This document shows positions 12,244 through 25,100 of a stretch of 64,000 nt of DNA, piece by piece; the stretch's first letter is position 1, and each line of letters starts with the position of its first letter. The stretch comes from Monocercomonoides exilis PA203. Taxonomy: Eukaryota; Protista; Preaxostyla. The DNA lies in NCBI GenBank assembly GCA_001643675.2, contig LSRY02000018.1:496001-560000 (forward strand), given 5' to 3'. The translations under genes and the position numbers were made by a program. The notes beneath the pieces were generated by a model. The model was not told the origin of the DNA. It worked only from the letters and a program-made list of their open reading frames with translations, and did not search any database.

Positions 12244-13930
12244 CATTTCTTTCATCGCCTTCTATACCCCTAATATCCCTCTCTCATTTGATATTTTTCA
12301 ATATCTCAACTGCATCAACAGATTGTCCGTCTCCAGCAACTACGTCAACCCAAACCACAAGTCTGATGAACAGTTGCTCATTTACGTCTGTTTGCGATGC
12401 GTATGATGGAGGGATTGTTCCTTCCCTCAACAACCCCTTGGCTTCATTGACAGCCTCAAACACTTCATTCATTGGGTGTTGTCGAACAAGAAATGTTAAA
12501 TGTGAAGGAAATGCAGATGGAAAGTTGACTCCAGACAGACAGAACGAAACAGAAAATGGAGCAAATTCATTCATTTGGTGTGAATGGAATGGATCGAGGA
12601 CAACAGGAGAAGCTGATTCCACCACAGACGGGATATCGAGCGGAGGGGCCATTTTCATGTACAACAAGGGAAATGGAGAACTTTCAGTTTCGAATTGTCT
12701 GTTTGATAATTGCTTTGCATACAGCCGTGGAGGTGGAATTATGTGCTTGACAGTTATGTCTGTGCGTATCGAAAATAATGTGTTCAATGCGTGTACAGCA
12801 CAAAATCAATATGGAGGAGGAATGTATGCTCATACCATTTCATCATGTGCCCGAATCAGCGGTTGTGAATTCCAGGATTGCAAAGCATACAGCGCTGGAG
12901 GAGGACTTCTTTTTGAATCTTTTCAGGTTTCAGGAACAGGATGCATTCCAACAGAAAATGGAGAAGGGGAGAGTGCGTGTGTATTTGACTGCAATTTCAC
13001 TTCATGCTCGATAACAAACAATGGAGGTGGAGGCATGTATTGTAGAACTGTTCCTGTCACATTCAAAATGAGGAGCATTCAGTTTATTTCATGTTCAGCA
13101 TCTGCATATGGAGGAGGATTTTGGATTAATCCGAATAGAGAAAATGCGCCAAATGACACATTTTATTGTTATTTTCTATTTTTTCACGAATGCAGATGTA
13201 GAACAACATCCACTCCATATGGTCATGATGTGATGTATTATGATCAAAATAATCTCTATTTATCCCAAAATAACCCATTCTTTGAATGTTACACCACAAA
13301 TGAAAATGACATGAGAGTGTGCTATATGTATAATTATTCTAGTTCAGGATCCTGGGCATATCAGCACACAGAAAAGAAGGATTGGCTGAAGAGAGGGATT
13401 CTAAATAGATTTGTGGCAGTGAGAGGAGGAAACGCAGAAGAGTTTTGTGGGGCGAATGAATCATATGCATGCAGAACCATTGGTGTTGCAGTTGAAAAGA
13501 GCGTTATCCAAGTGAGTCTGTCAGTCACACTGATGGAAGAGAATCACGCAAGCGAGACAGCAACAGTTGAGAGGAGAAAAGAAGATTTCAATCGTTGGAA
13601 CAGGCAAAGATAAAAGTTCTATTGGAACAGGGGCACTTTCATCTTCTTCTTTGACAGGGGTGTTGTTCAGTGTTTCGACAGACCATATTGGAATGAGTTA
13701 TTTGAGAGTTGATTGTAACTCTAGAGCAGAAACTTTACCGAGTGTGGTTGTGGTGTCTGATGGGAGTGGGTTACTCTCATTGGAGGATGTTGTGATCGCC
13801 GCGAATATTTCTTTAGGAAACGTGATGTAGCGTCAGCGTTAATAGTTCCGCTATCGCAACTGTTGATGGTTGGTGTGAAGATCATAAATATGAATGTCTC
13901 AAAACCATTGTTCTCTGAGCCAGTTCTATC
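12244..13930 (+). pseudogene. Fragment of the large beta-helix surface-protein family embedded in unrelated coding-like sequence
   Basis: FLSSPSIPLISLSHLIFFNIST...SVCDAYDGGIV...GCCRTRNVKCEG...PLFSEP is highly similar to the large protein. Frameshifts near 13570 and 13830. Both junctions are abrupt. Confidence 0.85.
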
Positions 13931-14382
13931 TATCTTCTTCTTCTTTTTCACCTTCTCAAAAGACAAAGATCCATTCCAAATCATCATCAGAAAGAAAGCA
14001 GAGCTTGAAGCAACTGTGGATGTTGCTTCGGCAGACATCCAGTCTCTTTATCATACCTGCCTTTTCAACTAATGAAACAGAACTTTCGATTTACCATTTA
14101 GAGCAAGAGTGCGCAAGAGTGGATCTTTTGGAGGAGAAGAGAGAAGAGGAGATGGTTTCATAAGAAGAAGAAGAAGAAGAAGAAGAAGAGGAAGAATGGA
14201 AAAAGGAGGCCAAAGCTGACAAGAAAGTGATTGAGCCCTCCTTGGAGAATGAATTATTTGTGTCTGCAGGAATAGTGTTGATCAAACAGAAGATGAAGTT
14301 AAGTGAAGCAGAAGATGAGCAGGCAAATGAACGCAATGAAAGGACAGTCACCGTTAAAGATGGCATTGAACGAAGGAGAAAA

Positions 14383-14690
14383 GAGGAAGAGGAAGAGGAA
14401 GAGGAAGAGGAAGAGGAAGAGGAAGAGGAAGAGGAGGAGGAAGAGGAAGAGGAAGAGGAAGAGGAAGAGGAAGAGGAAGAGGAAGAGGAAGAAGAAGAAG
14501 AAGAAGAAGGAAAAGAAGGAAAAGAAGGAAAAGAAGAAGAAGAAGAAGAGGAAGAGGAAGAGGAAGAGGAAAAGGAAGAGGAAAAGGAAGAGGAGAAGAA
14601 GAAGAGGAAGAGGAAGAGGAAGAGGAAGAGGAAGAGGAAGAGGAAGAGGAAGAGGAAGAGGAAGAGGAAGAGGAAGAGGAAGAGGAGGAA
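14383..14690 (+). repeat. (GAGGAA)n/(GAA)n microsatellite inside a degenerate hypothetical gene (~13930-15530)
   Basis: Directly visible tandem repeat; it generates the poly-E, poly-KR and poly-RG ORFs. Confidence 0.9.
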
Positions 14691-16012
14691 AAAAACGAAA
14701 ATTAGAAGTCAAGGAAGAAGGATATGATAATAACAATGAATCATATCCATTGCTGTTACATTTTGAATGCAACAAAAGAGGTGACATTTTCTGAGGATCT
14801 GAAGAAGCTTCCTTTTCTCAATTAAGTGGAAGCAAAAACCGAAGATAAGAAACATACGATCTTCTTCTCTTCGTCTCCAACACCAATTGAAATGAGGGGA
14901 ATATTAGCAGCAGAATCAAAATAAAAGTAATCATTTCTTTTTTCATCATCAAAAAAGATCGAAGATGGAAAAAGGAACGGAAGTGACAATGATGAAGTGG
15001 ATGAAGAAACATTTGTGAATTGTCCAGCACGAGGATGCATGTCTCAGGAGATAGTTTTCCTGTTTGCACAAGTTGTGGACGCTTTTTGCGCTGAAAGAAG
15101 CTATGTGAATTCTTCTGAACAACGCAAATCCTGGAGACAGCTGTGTATTGTGCTCTTCATGTGGCAAAAATGGATGCTGCCGCCAAAATTGCTTAATCAT
15201 CCATCCCTCATGCTTGCCATCTCTGTATTCCTTGTTTCACACGACCGCTCACATAGCTGTTCGCAGATCTTGTCATGCGTAATAGTCAGATAATCCGAGA
15301 GCCCACCTTCAAACAACTTCCAGCATATTCTGCTTCTCTATTTTCGAAGCGTGCTTTTGCATTGAGAGTTCTGTCGGCAGATGCTATTTGCGTTTATATT
15401 TCAAGAGAGGTGAACAAATACTCACGAAGCATTTGACTCCTTTTCCTAATCCTGGTTCCATTCAAAACAGATCGTCGAAATTTCCTCTTTTCAATAATCG
15501 CGTTCTTCCTTCTTCAAGCAGTGCATATATTTTTTTTTTTTGAAATATCACAGTTTCATGTATTTCACTCAAAAATTTCTCATCCTCTCATTATCCTTTT
15601 TTTTCATCAACTTTTTTTTTTGGAGAGAATGTTTTCAAAAAGTGATTCAAGAGAATGAACTTCTTTTATCCACTGTCCCCGTGGAGTGTTGTGTGAAATC
15701 ATCCTTTCATGTCAAAAACTACTTCCAATTACTTCTCCAGCTAACGATTTCATTAATCCTTCCGAAAGAACAAATATTCATTTACGTTCATTGTTATTGA
15801 ATTATAATTACTCTGTGTAGATTTATGATTGTCTAAATCAGAAAAATGCATTTCAATTGTACTGCTTCCTCAGTTGAATGCGAATATTATATTTTATAAA
15901 ATTTTCAAAGCAGAATTTGTTTTAATTAATTTAAAGGGGATATTAATACATTATCTTTTTGCTTTTCTTCAAAGAAAAAAATCTTTTATCCCATAAGAAG
16001 GTTGCAATCATA

Positions 16013-19000
16013 ATGAATTTTTCAACGTCAAATCTTCAACGATCAACTCTTCATTCAAGAGCAGATGTTTTGTGGGAAGAGGTTGAGCGCATTGGGGGAA
16101 AGGATAAGGTGGAATTGTTGCTGTATATCCTCACAAGGTACCGCCGCGCAGCACCATTTGCGGAAGAAGTGAAAAAGAGGATAAATGGTGTGGTTCTTTA
16201 TTTTTTTGATTTCAAAGTTATGTGAAAAATCATTTATATGCACTTTAATAATGATTTGTTTTTATTTTTATTAAATGCAAACGTGAAAATAGGAGAGTAT
16301 CATGAACTTCTTGAAGAGCTAGCAACAGCCTACAATAATGCCCCAGTTCACACTCAAACGACAATGTTGCAAGCTTTATCAAAACATCACTACTGCGATC
16401 GTTTGCTTTCCTTTGGGTATGACGTGACCCAAGGAAAAATAAATCATGCAAAGCAAACGAGAAAAAAAAACCGAGACGAAATAAAAATCCCCATACCTCC
16501 AAAAATTCCTTCATGTCGAAAAGGTATTTGGTTTTCATTCATTTCATTTCTATGATTGTGTCTGATTTTTATTTTCTAAAGGCTTGAATTATTCAGATTG
16601 GTGCGTGGGGAATGAATGGATGAAAAACCATTCATCAGAAATTTCATCATCAATTACGAAAAAGAAAAAGCAAAAATATGAAAAATATGAAGAGAGCTTG
16701 GACGAAGAAATTTGGAATAAAGAAATCAAGATAAACCCGGAACTCGATTTGAAACCCAAATTACATATTAACATTACGAAATCTGAAATAGATCATCATG
16801 TCACTCACATAAAAGATAATAAACTGAATCAACATGTTAACTCATTGACTGATCAGTCAAAAAATGTCAACAGAAAATCCTCAACATCCAGCAATTTATC
16901 AGTCAAGAACCAAAATTTTAATGACGGAAATCTTCTTCATGCTCCTCCTTCGCCTACACTTGTGAAGCCTCATGAACTTCGATATTTTTTAGAAAAGAAT
17001 TTGAAACATCAAAATGCTCAGACATTAGAAATCAAAAAATTAGATCATTTAATTAGAACGGATTCGTCTAGTTCAAAATTAATGCTTCATCACGATGTTC
17101 AAGAAGAAAGATATTTCAATCCTGCATCAACGTCTTCATTCGTCTCGCCAATTCTTATTCAAAAGGTCACTAAAAATACAGAATCATCACAAGAAAATAA
17201 AACCTGTTTTCGGAGTGATACGCATTTTGATACAATGAACTCATATATCAGCAAAGAAGTCAAAGATTCAAAGGAAAGGAACGAAAACTGTGGAATAAAA
17301 ACTGATAAATCAATTGCAATCAAAGAGCAGGCAATTGTTAATAGCGATAATTTCATCACAAAAAGGTTGGGGCTTAGGAATTTAGGGAACACTTGTTACA
17401 TTTCATCTATTCTTCAATGTTTATCAACAGTTATGCATTCCGGTATAATAAAGGAAAAGAACAACGTGAGAAGTGGAATTTCTGCGGAGTTGATAAACGT
17501 TTGCAATGAGCTCATTTGCAATCACTCACCTATTTCATCTTGGACATCAGAATTAATTGATAAGTGGGATATTTCGTTTTAGCGAGGCAAAAGACAGCAG
17601 CAAAATGTTTGTGAAGCATTTGATCATTTAATGGAAATGCTTTTGAAAGATGATTTGGTTGACAAACAATTGACGAGTGTAGATGGGTTAATTTTCAAGA
17701 AATGTTTGAAATGCGGTACTTTGTCGTCAAGCAGTTTAGGTTTTTCTAATTATGTGATTATCAACAATGCTTCAATTTTCACAGGATTCATCAACTTTTT
17801 TGCAAAAGAAAAAATGAGGCACCCAAATAGAGTGTTCTGTGAAATATGAAAGGAAAAGTGTGAATTTCAAAAATGGAATGAAATATCCAAATTTCCGAAA
17901 CTATTAGGGATATCCCACGAATATAATTATTCTCCTAACGTCATTCCCCCAAAAATGATAATTTTTGAGACAGATGAAAATAACTGTCAAACAGTTCACA
18001 AGTCGTGCAATGAACATTTTTCAAGAATCAGTCCTTCAGTTAAATCAATTCAAAATGCATGTTACAAGTTTATGGGACAAATTCTTTTCAAAAGAATAGA
18101 CCAAAACCATGGCCACTACATATCATTTGTTCTTTCAAAGGATGGACCAAAAGAATATTGGACTATCTGTAATGATGGTTGTACTCGTTCTGTGAGAAAA
18201 GAAGAATATGATTTGAGTTGGAAATTATTGTTCAAAGAAGGATATAGACCATCATTCACACTTTATTTAATTGAAGAATCTTCCAATCACATTAACAATT
18301 TGTTCAAAGGAGGAATTGATGATATTTCTTTAAATTCGTTTGCAAAATCAATTGATTCTTCATCTCAACCAATAGAAACTCAACAAACAATTTCTTCTAA
18401 TTTTCCAAACAAAAAAACAAAAAATTGCAACTCTTCAAACATTTCGTGTTCATCATCTTCATCAATTCAATCTTCATTTCAACCAATAAGAAATCTCAAT
18501 CTTTCACCAACTGATAAAAACGGGAAATTGACAACTTCATTATTCTTTTATCATAATCCAAATACTTTCAATTCATCAATTTGTTTTTTGTCAAATCCAG
18601 GAAAATATTTATTATCCTCACATGCATCATCTTCACTTCCTGCATATTTCACTTCAACCTTGTCAACTTCACTTTCTCAAAAGCTTAATTCCAACAACAA
18701 TCAGATTTTCACCTCGATTAATTCAGTTGGAAATACATTGGAAGACAAGTCAGTTTTGAAAGACAAAACAAGGAGGGATTCAAGAACAACAAATGAAATC
18801 GAAGATGATAATAAAAGTGTTGTTGACCTGTTTAATAAAGAAATCATTTCACCTTACACTATTCACTCAATCAGTCCACACATGTCAAACAATGTTCTGA
18901 TGCAGAATTACACTTCAACAAAAGGAAATGCTTCTTCAAAATCACCTCACTTAGTTCTTTCGCAAAAAGCTCAAAATGATGTGCTCGATTCATTTCACCA

Positions 19001-20844
19001 TTCGTTGCAATCAATTGAAAACTCATCGAATATTCTTTTTCATTCGAATTTTTCAGGCAACACAAATTCACATCACACAACTCATTCGTTTTGTTCGAGG
19101 AAACCGTCATGTTCTTCCATTGCATTGTTTTCAAATGAAAACAACAATTCCTCAAAACAAGAACCAAATAAATCAATTCACTTATCACGTCATAATAATA
19201 ATAAAAAAATCAACTCTTTGTCATATTCATTTTTTATAAGAAATCCTCAACTCTTGCATTCTCTTCCTCACTTGATTCAGCTTCCAATTCTTCATCTCAA
19301 CTCCGCAAAATCTCATCTGTTTCAAAAGGAGCTCAATTTTCATCAATCAATAGCAACATTTTTTCCTCTGTTTCTAAAAACACATCTTCAACTTTTCTTC
19401 AACAGAATTTGTTCACAAATTCAAGGCATGTCCCACTAATTTTTTCTCCTGATGAAAAAAGACTAATATTCATTCCAAAAAATCAGCTTTGGAAAGATTT
19501 TGTTAATGAAACAAGTATCAAACTATCATTATCATACTTTTACAAACTTACAAAAAATTCTGTAAAAGCAAGGAAAAGGACGGACATGTGTGGTTATTGT
19601 CAACATTTACAATCTTTAGAAAAGAAACATCAATTATCCAATTCCTCACAAATTCTGACCGAAAAGGAATTATCGACAATGAAATCTTTAAAGGAACATA
19701 AACTATTTGCAAATTGGCAAAGGGAATACTACAATCATTGCGTTCATAATGTCAAAGAAGGTGAAGTTGTTTGTGTATTTGATTTTAAAGAAAAAAGGAA
19801 GCTTCCACTTCGAAACGTTCAACTTCAGCAAGAATTCTACCAGTACAACCAAATATCTCAGTTTACAGTTATCACATATCAATTTGTTGATTGTCATTTA
19901 TCCAAATATAATTATAACTTTTTCTCTCATTGCTTAACCAATGATCATCGCTTCGTTATTGATTGTCTCGAATCTATTTTCAAAAGGCCTGCTTACAATA
20001 ATATGAAAACAGTCAAATTTTTTTGCGATTCTGGTCCACATAATAGGAACAGATTCTTGTTGAGTTTTATTCTTTCTCCAAACTCACAAGTATTTCACAA
20101 AAAAATACAGAGCTGAATTTCTTTGCAGAGCATCATGGCAAAAATGTCTGCGATGGAGAATTCGGAACTTTGGTTAACTTAATAAACAATAACGTGGATG
20201 AAAATATTGAAACACTTCCTCAGTTGTTGTCTTTCTTTTCAGCTCATTTCAACTCTTCAAAATTTTGTGGCAATCGAAGACTGGCAAATGAACATCAACA
20301 ACAAATTTCATCAAACATCCTTCAAAATGACATGAAAAGTATAATTCATCAAAGATTTTTCGAAGAATATATACCATCAAACAGATCCGTTTGGCCCTCA
20401 TTGATAATTGATCACATGAAATGTTATTTGTGCTTCGAAAGAAAAGGAAAATGCATATCTGCTTCGGTGAGCAGTCATTTATCTCAGCGAGCTTTAATTG
20501 AGGTGAAAACAGTGTTCAAGAAAGAAAAAACAACAAACGAAAGAAAAACTTTTGATAACCAAATCAAACCAACAAACGCTTTTTCATTGTCAAGGACAAC
20601 AAAAGAATTATTCGAAAAAAGGCATGTTCTTGTTCGAGATTGTTCTGTTTTTGATTCGATTTCTTTTTTTAATAATTGTTCTTGTAATAAATGCAACAAT
20701 TCTTTGTTGGGGAAAGGTTTTGGTGGTTTCAATTGTTGCGGTGTTTGTGATGCTTTTGGTTTTTGTAATATTTCAAACAATTCTTTTCAAGATTTTTCCT
20801 TTAATTCTTCTGATTCTTACTGTTCTTCAACATTTAACACATAA
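16013..20844 (+). mobile_element. Sola-like DDD transposase gene with an inserted ubiquitin-specific protease (C19) domain; disrupted copy
   Basis: Frame-preserving GT-AG introns at 16188-16292 and 16524-16581 (or 16596). Transposase motifs: LSYFYKL..KARKRTDMCGYC, HKLFANWQ, VFDFKEK (D at 19781), FFCDSGPHNRN (D at 20027), LNFFAEHHGKNVCDGEFG (D at 20152). In-frame stops at 17580 and 17847; -1 frameshifts at ~19205-19440 and ~20100. TIRs not identified. Confidence 0.75.
17370..18270 (+). other. USP/UCH (peptidase C19) catalytic domain within the transposase reading frame
   Basis: All in one frame: Cys box GLRNLGNTCYISSILQCL, QQNVCEAF (QQD box), Zn ribbon KCLKCG...FCEI*KEK, SKFPKLL, His box GHYISFV...WTICND. 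Confidence 0.85.
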
Positions 20845-21040
20845 CGAGGCATCATTGCGCATGCTCAGCCAACTTCATAAAGGGTTTGAGGTTGGACATG
20901 ACAACAGGCAATATATATGAAAGCGGTTGCTTTCATATACGTACTTGAATACAACCTGTTGCCTCCCAGGTGCGCGATTTAAACAATAACCATTATTCAA
21001 AAAACAACTCCGATAATGATAAACACTTTTCAATAAATAT

Positions 21041-21740
21041 TGTTCTCTCTTCCCTTCTCTTCTCTTCTCTTCTTTTCTTTTCTCTTCCCTTCTCTTCTCT
21101 TCTCTTCTCTTCTTTTCTCTTTTTTTATCTTCTTTTCTTTTCTCTTCTCTTCTCTTCTCTTCTCTTCTCTTCTCTTCTTTTCTTTTCTCTTCTTTTCTTT
21201 TCTTTTCTCTTCTCTTCTTTTCTCTTCTCTTCTTTTCTTTTCTCTTCTCTTCTCTTCTCTTCTTTTCTTTTCTTTTCTTTTCTTTTCTTTTCTTTTCTTT
21301 TCTTTTCTTTTCTTTTCTCTTCTTTTCTTTTCTCTTCTCTTCTCTTCTCTTCTCTTCTCTTCTCTTCTTTTCTTTTCTCTTCTTTTCTTTTCTTTTCTCT
21401 TCTCTTCTTTTCTTTTCTCTTCTCTTCTTTTCTTTTCTTTTCTCTTCTCTTTTCTTCTCTTCTCTTCTCTTCTCTTCTCTTCTTTTCTCTTCCCTTCTCT
21501 TCTCTTCTCTTCTCTTCTCTTCTTTTCTTTTCTCTTCTTTTCTTTTCTCTTCTCTTCTCTTCTTTTCTTTTCTCTTCTCTTCTTTTCTTTTCTTTTCTCT
21601 TCTCTTTTCTTCTCTTCTCTTCTCTTCTCTTCTCTTCTTTTCTCTTCCCTTCTCTTCTCTTCTCTTCTCTTCTCTTCTCTTCTCTTCTCTTCTTTTATCT
21701 TCTTTTCTCTTTTTTTATCTTCGTTTCTTTTTTCTTCTCT
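21041..21740 (+). repeat. ~700-bp (TTCTC/TTTTC)n pentanucleotide polypyrimidine satellite
   Basis: Directly visible; explains the spurious SSLLF and EKRRE ORFs. Confidence 0.95.
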
Positions 21741-23669
21741 TATTTTCTCTTTTTTCATCTTTACATATGTTTTTTCAGTGTTGACCTTTCTTTTTGTCTT
21801 TGTTTTTGCACTCTTATCCCTATCCTTTCCTTTTTATTTATCTTCTTTACTTTTTTACTTTTTATATTTATTATGAACTCAACTTGTTCTTTTTTTGTTT
21901 TTTTCTTTATTTTCGTCATAAAGTTTTTCAATCACCTTTCCCAAACAATTTCCTTGTTCTCTTTTTCTTTTTGTTTCCGTTTGTTTTGTTTCTGAAAGTA
22001 TCCACAATAATTCTTTTTTTTTCATTTTTTATTTCATTTCTTCAATTTCTCGTTATTTTCCAAAAATTTTTTCCTTCATGTATTTTCATCCCCAATTTTA
22101 TTTTATTTTCAATTATCATTGACATTTATCTGTAAGTCTTTATTTTTTCCTTCTCTTTCACTTTATTTTCTTTTTTTATATCCAAATTTGATGTTTTTTA
22201 TCCAAACATCTAATATCCAATTTTTCATTAGTTATCTGTTTTTATCTTTTATTATCCACGTTTTTTTTTCAATATTTCATTTTTTCTCTGTTTTTTCTTT
22301 CATTTTATTCTTTTGTCAACTCTTTCCTCTCCTTTCAGTGTTTTATTTTCCGTTTATTACTATGTTCATACTTTTCTTCTCCTTTGATTTTTTCTCCCTT
22401 TTTCATTTTTTGTTTTTGTATTTTTATCAATTCTTTTTTTTTTTCGAATTGATATAACAATTTTCTTTTTTTTATATTTTCTATTCTTTTCAAGCATTTG
22501 TTTGATTGTTTTTTGTTTTTGTCGATCTCAATAATGAATATTTATTATTGCATAAGTTGGTTTTCTGATATTCATATTTGTCTTTTTTGTTTTTAATTTA
22601 TCTGACTATCTATCTCTCTATCTCTCTCTTTGTTAATTTGTTTATTTATTCAATTGGTTAAATGTTCATTTTTAATTTGATGTTTTTTGTTATTGTTATT
22701 TTGTTATTACAGAGAATCTCGAACAAATAGCGTATCTTGAAAATATTTCTTTTGGACCCATGCACAATTAATGCATTTGTTGAATGGAATTGATTATCAA
22801 TTCATTATTTTTCGTCATGCTTTTCTTTCTTTCTTTTTCATTTTTTTTCTCAACTAACAGCTCATCGAGAATTGTGACTTCCTGAAGCGAGTGAACCAAC
22901 GATGAACAACAAATAGCATCTTATGTTAAATCAAGGTTTATGAGATATTGCGGTTTTTTGTTTGGATCAAACTTGGTGACATTTTTCGAACAAAATGACT
23001 TTTTTCTATTAATGTTCTTTATTTGATAAAATGGAAGTGAAATCGTTATTCGTTTTCATTTTAACCAGTCTTGTTGCAAGGATTTCTTTTTTAAGTGATT
23101 ATTCATTGAAAGAAAGTACTGTTGTTGCAGTTCATTCACGTATTTTCCGAAATAAAGTTACCAAATTTCTTGGATAAATAATTCCGACATTTTTTAAATT
23201 CATGTTTTTGAAAACACAAAGATGCACATTATCAAGCACTTTTAAAGAACTTTATTCAACATTAAAAAATAACCAATTATTTTTTATCATTTTCAAAATA
23301 AAAGTTGTAATTTTTTGTTAAAAAACCAGTAAGATAGAAATTTTTTAACTGATAAATATTTAATATGGTTATGATCAAATGTCGTATTTTTTTATGATAT
23401 CAAAAAAAATCACCCATATCGCTTTCTCAGATTTCAAAATAAATTTGATTTTCATATCTGTAAACAAATATCATTGATATAATAACATTATGTTTTGTGA
23501 TTTCAAATGTTTTTCAAAAAATGAACCCATTTTTATTTCATTTTTAGATCTCAAAAAGTCAATGAAAAGTGCATTATTTTTCTATGAAAATGTCTGAAGT
23601 TAAATATTTTGTCCCATATATTTTTTTAATTTTTTTTCACAAATAGTTTGTTTTTTCAAAACAAAAGGA

Positions 23670-25100
23670 GATGGATAAAGATAAATATTATGAGAAAACA
23701 AGAAGTTAAAAGATCGGTGGAAATAATTAGATAAACACAATCATTTTCAGTCACTTTAAATCTTTTCAAACAAAATGAAATTTTGGATAACATGCACAGG
23801 ATAAAAAACTTCAGCAAGTTTACGAAAAAACAATCATGAAAGTTAACATTATTGAATATTTCTGATGAATATATCTTTTCGAAAGAATTTTTGATGGAAA
23901 GATTTCAGGCAAAATATCCATTGAATATTATCAAAAAGAAAAAAATCATTTAATAAAATTCAATAAAATTTTTTTCTGAACAAAGAATAAAATGGAAATA
24001 GTTTATTTATCCTGTTGAACGATTGTTTTTGTTTTTGAACACAACCAACTGCAAAATATTTGATTTTCATGAAAAACATAAATGTTGGGAGATTCATTGA
24101 AAAAGTTAATTTTTCATTTTCAAAAATCTTTCAAAGATCATAAACCTTAACATCATGAATTAACATCTCAAGCAACACTTTGAAAAATTGCTTTTCAAAA
24201 AAAGTGATGGAGATAAAATAGATTCTTTTGAAAATAAAAATGTGTTTATTTCTCACATGAATAAAAAAACAATGCTGAACAGTTATTTCGAAAAAATGGA
24301 AAAAAATGTGCATTTGCTATTCGTGTTCAGAAAAGAATGTTGCATTTAAGCGATTCCTATTGAAATCATTAATATTGGTCAATAAATTATTACTCTTTTT
24401 TTATTTTTTCACAACTATCATTCAAATTTTATTTTGTTTCAATTTTTGTAAAGGTTGTTGTGTGAAAACATGAAAAAGAGAAAATAAATAAAAACATTGT
24501 TCTTTCCGAGAATCTGAAATGCCATTATGAAGGTTGATTTTGTGAAAATGAACATGAACAATCGAATCGATATTTTCAAACAGAAACAAGATGAAATTCA
24601 AAAATACTTCCTCCCTTGAAAAAGAAAATAACAATTTGAAACATCTTTCTGAACAAGCCGTAATTCAAAGAATCACAAAGAAGTGTTTGCTGCAAATAAA
24701 AGGTTGATTTCATTGAATTGAAATCATCAAATGAGGAATAATTCCATTCACAAATGCATAATTTGAAAAACATAAAGAAATGTGGATGCTTTCATTTTTC
24801 AATATTTCTCAACTTGATTTGTTGTTGGGTTGTGAAAAACGCGATTTGATAAATTCAGAATCAAAAAGACAAAAAGGCAATGAATTCTTGCTGGATTGCA
24901 AAGAAATTCTGCTTTTTCAAATATCCTTTTCGAACAAACGCAAATGAATTCGTTTTTCAATATCGAAATTGCCAACAAATGCAAAATCAATCACATTCAA
25001 TGACTATATACCACAAAAAGGAAATCAACCAAAACAGAAATACATTTACAAAAGCAAAAATACGAACAAAAGAAACAACTCAAATCTTGACTTTCGAGAA
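23670..25100 (+). pseudogene. Possible highly degenerate copy of the lineage-specific family
   Basis: Patchy coding-like similarity with many stops; weak support. Confidence 0.3.

Noticed and set aside
15931-15960. TTAA-AGGGG as the left terminus of the transposase element
   Set aside because: No complementary right terminus found downstream.
17580-17582. TAG read as Gln (alternative genetic code used by some oxymonads)
   Set aside because: Only one such codon among many CAA/CAG, and host genes here use TAG and TAA as stops.
17847-17849. Selenocysteine at the TGA in CEI*K
   Set aside because: No SECIS identified, the same gene has other lesions, and a similar Cys-to-TGA change occurs in the pseudogene at 880.
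20970-21995. Long hydrophobic and charged ORFs on both strands
   Set aside because: Artefacts of the pentamer satellite.
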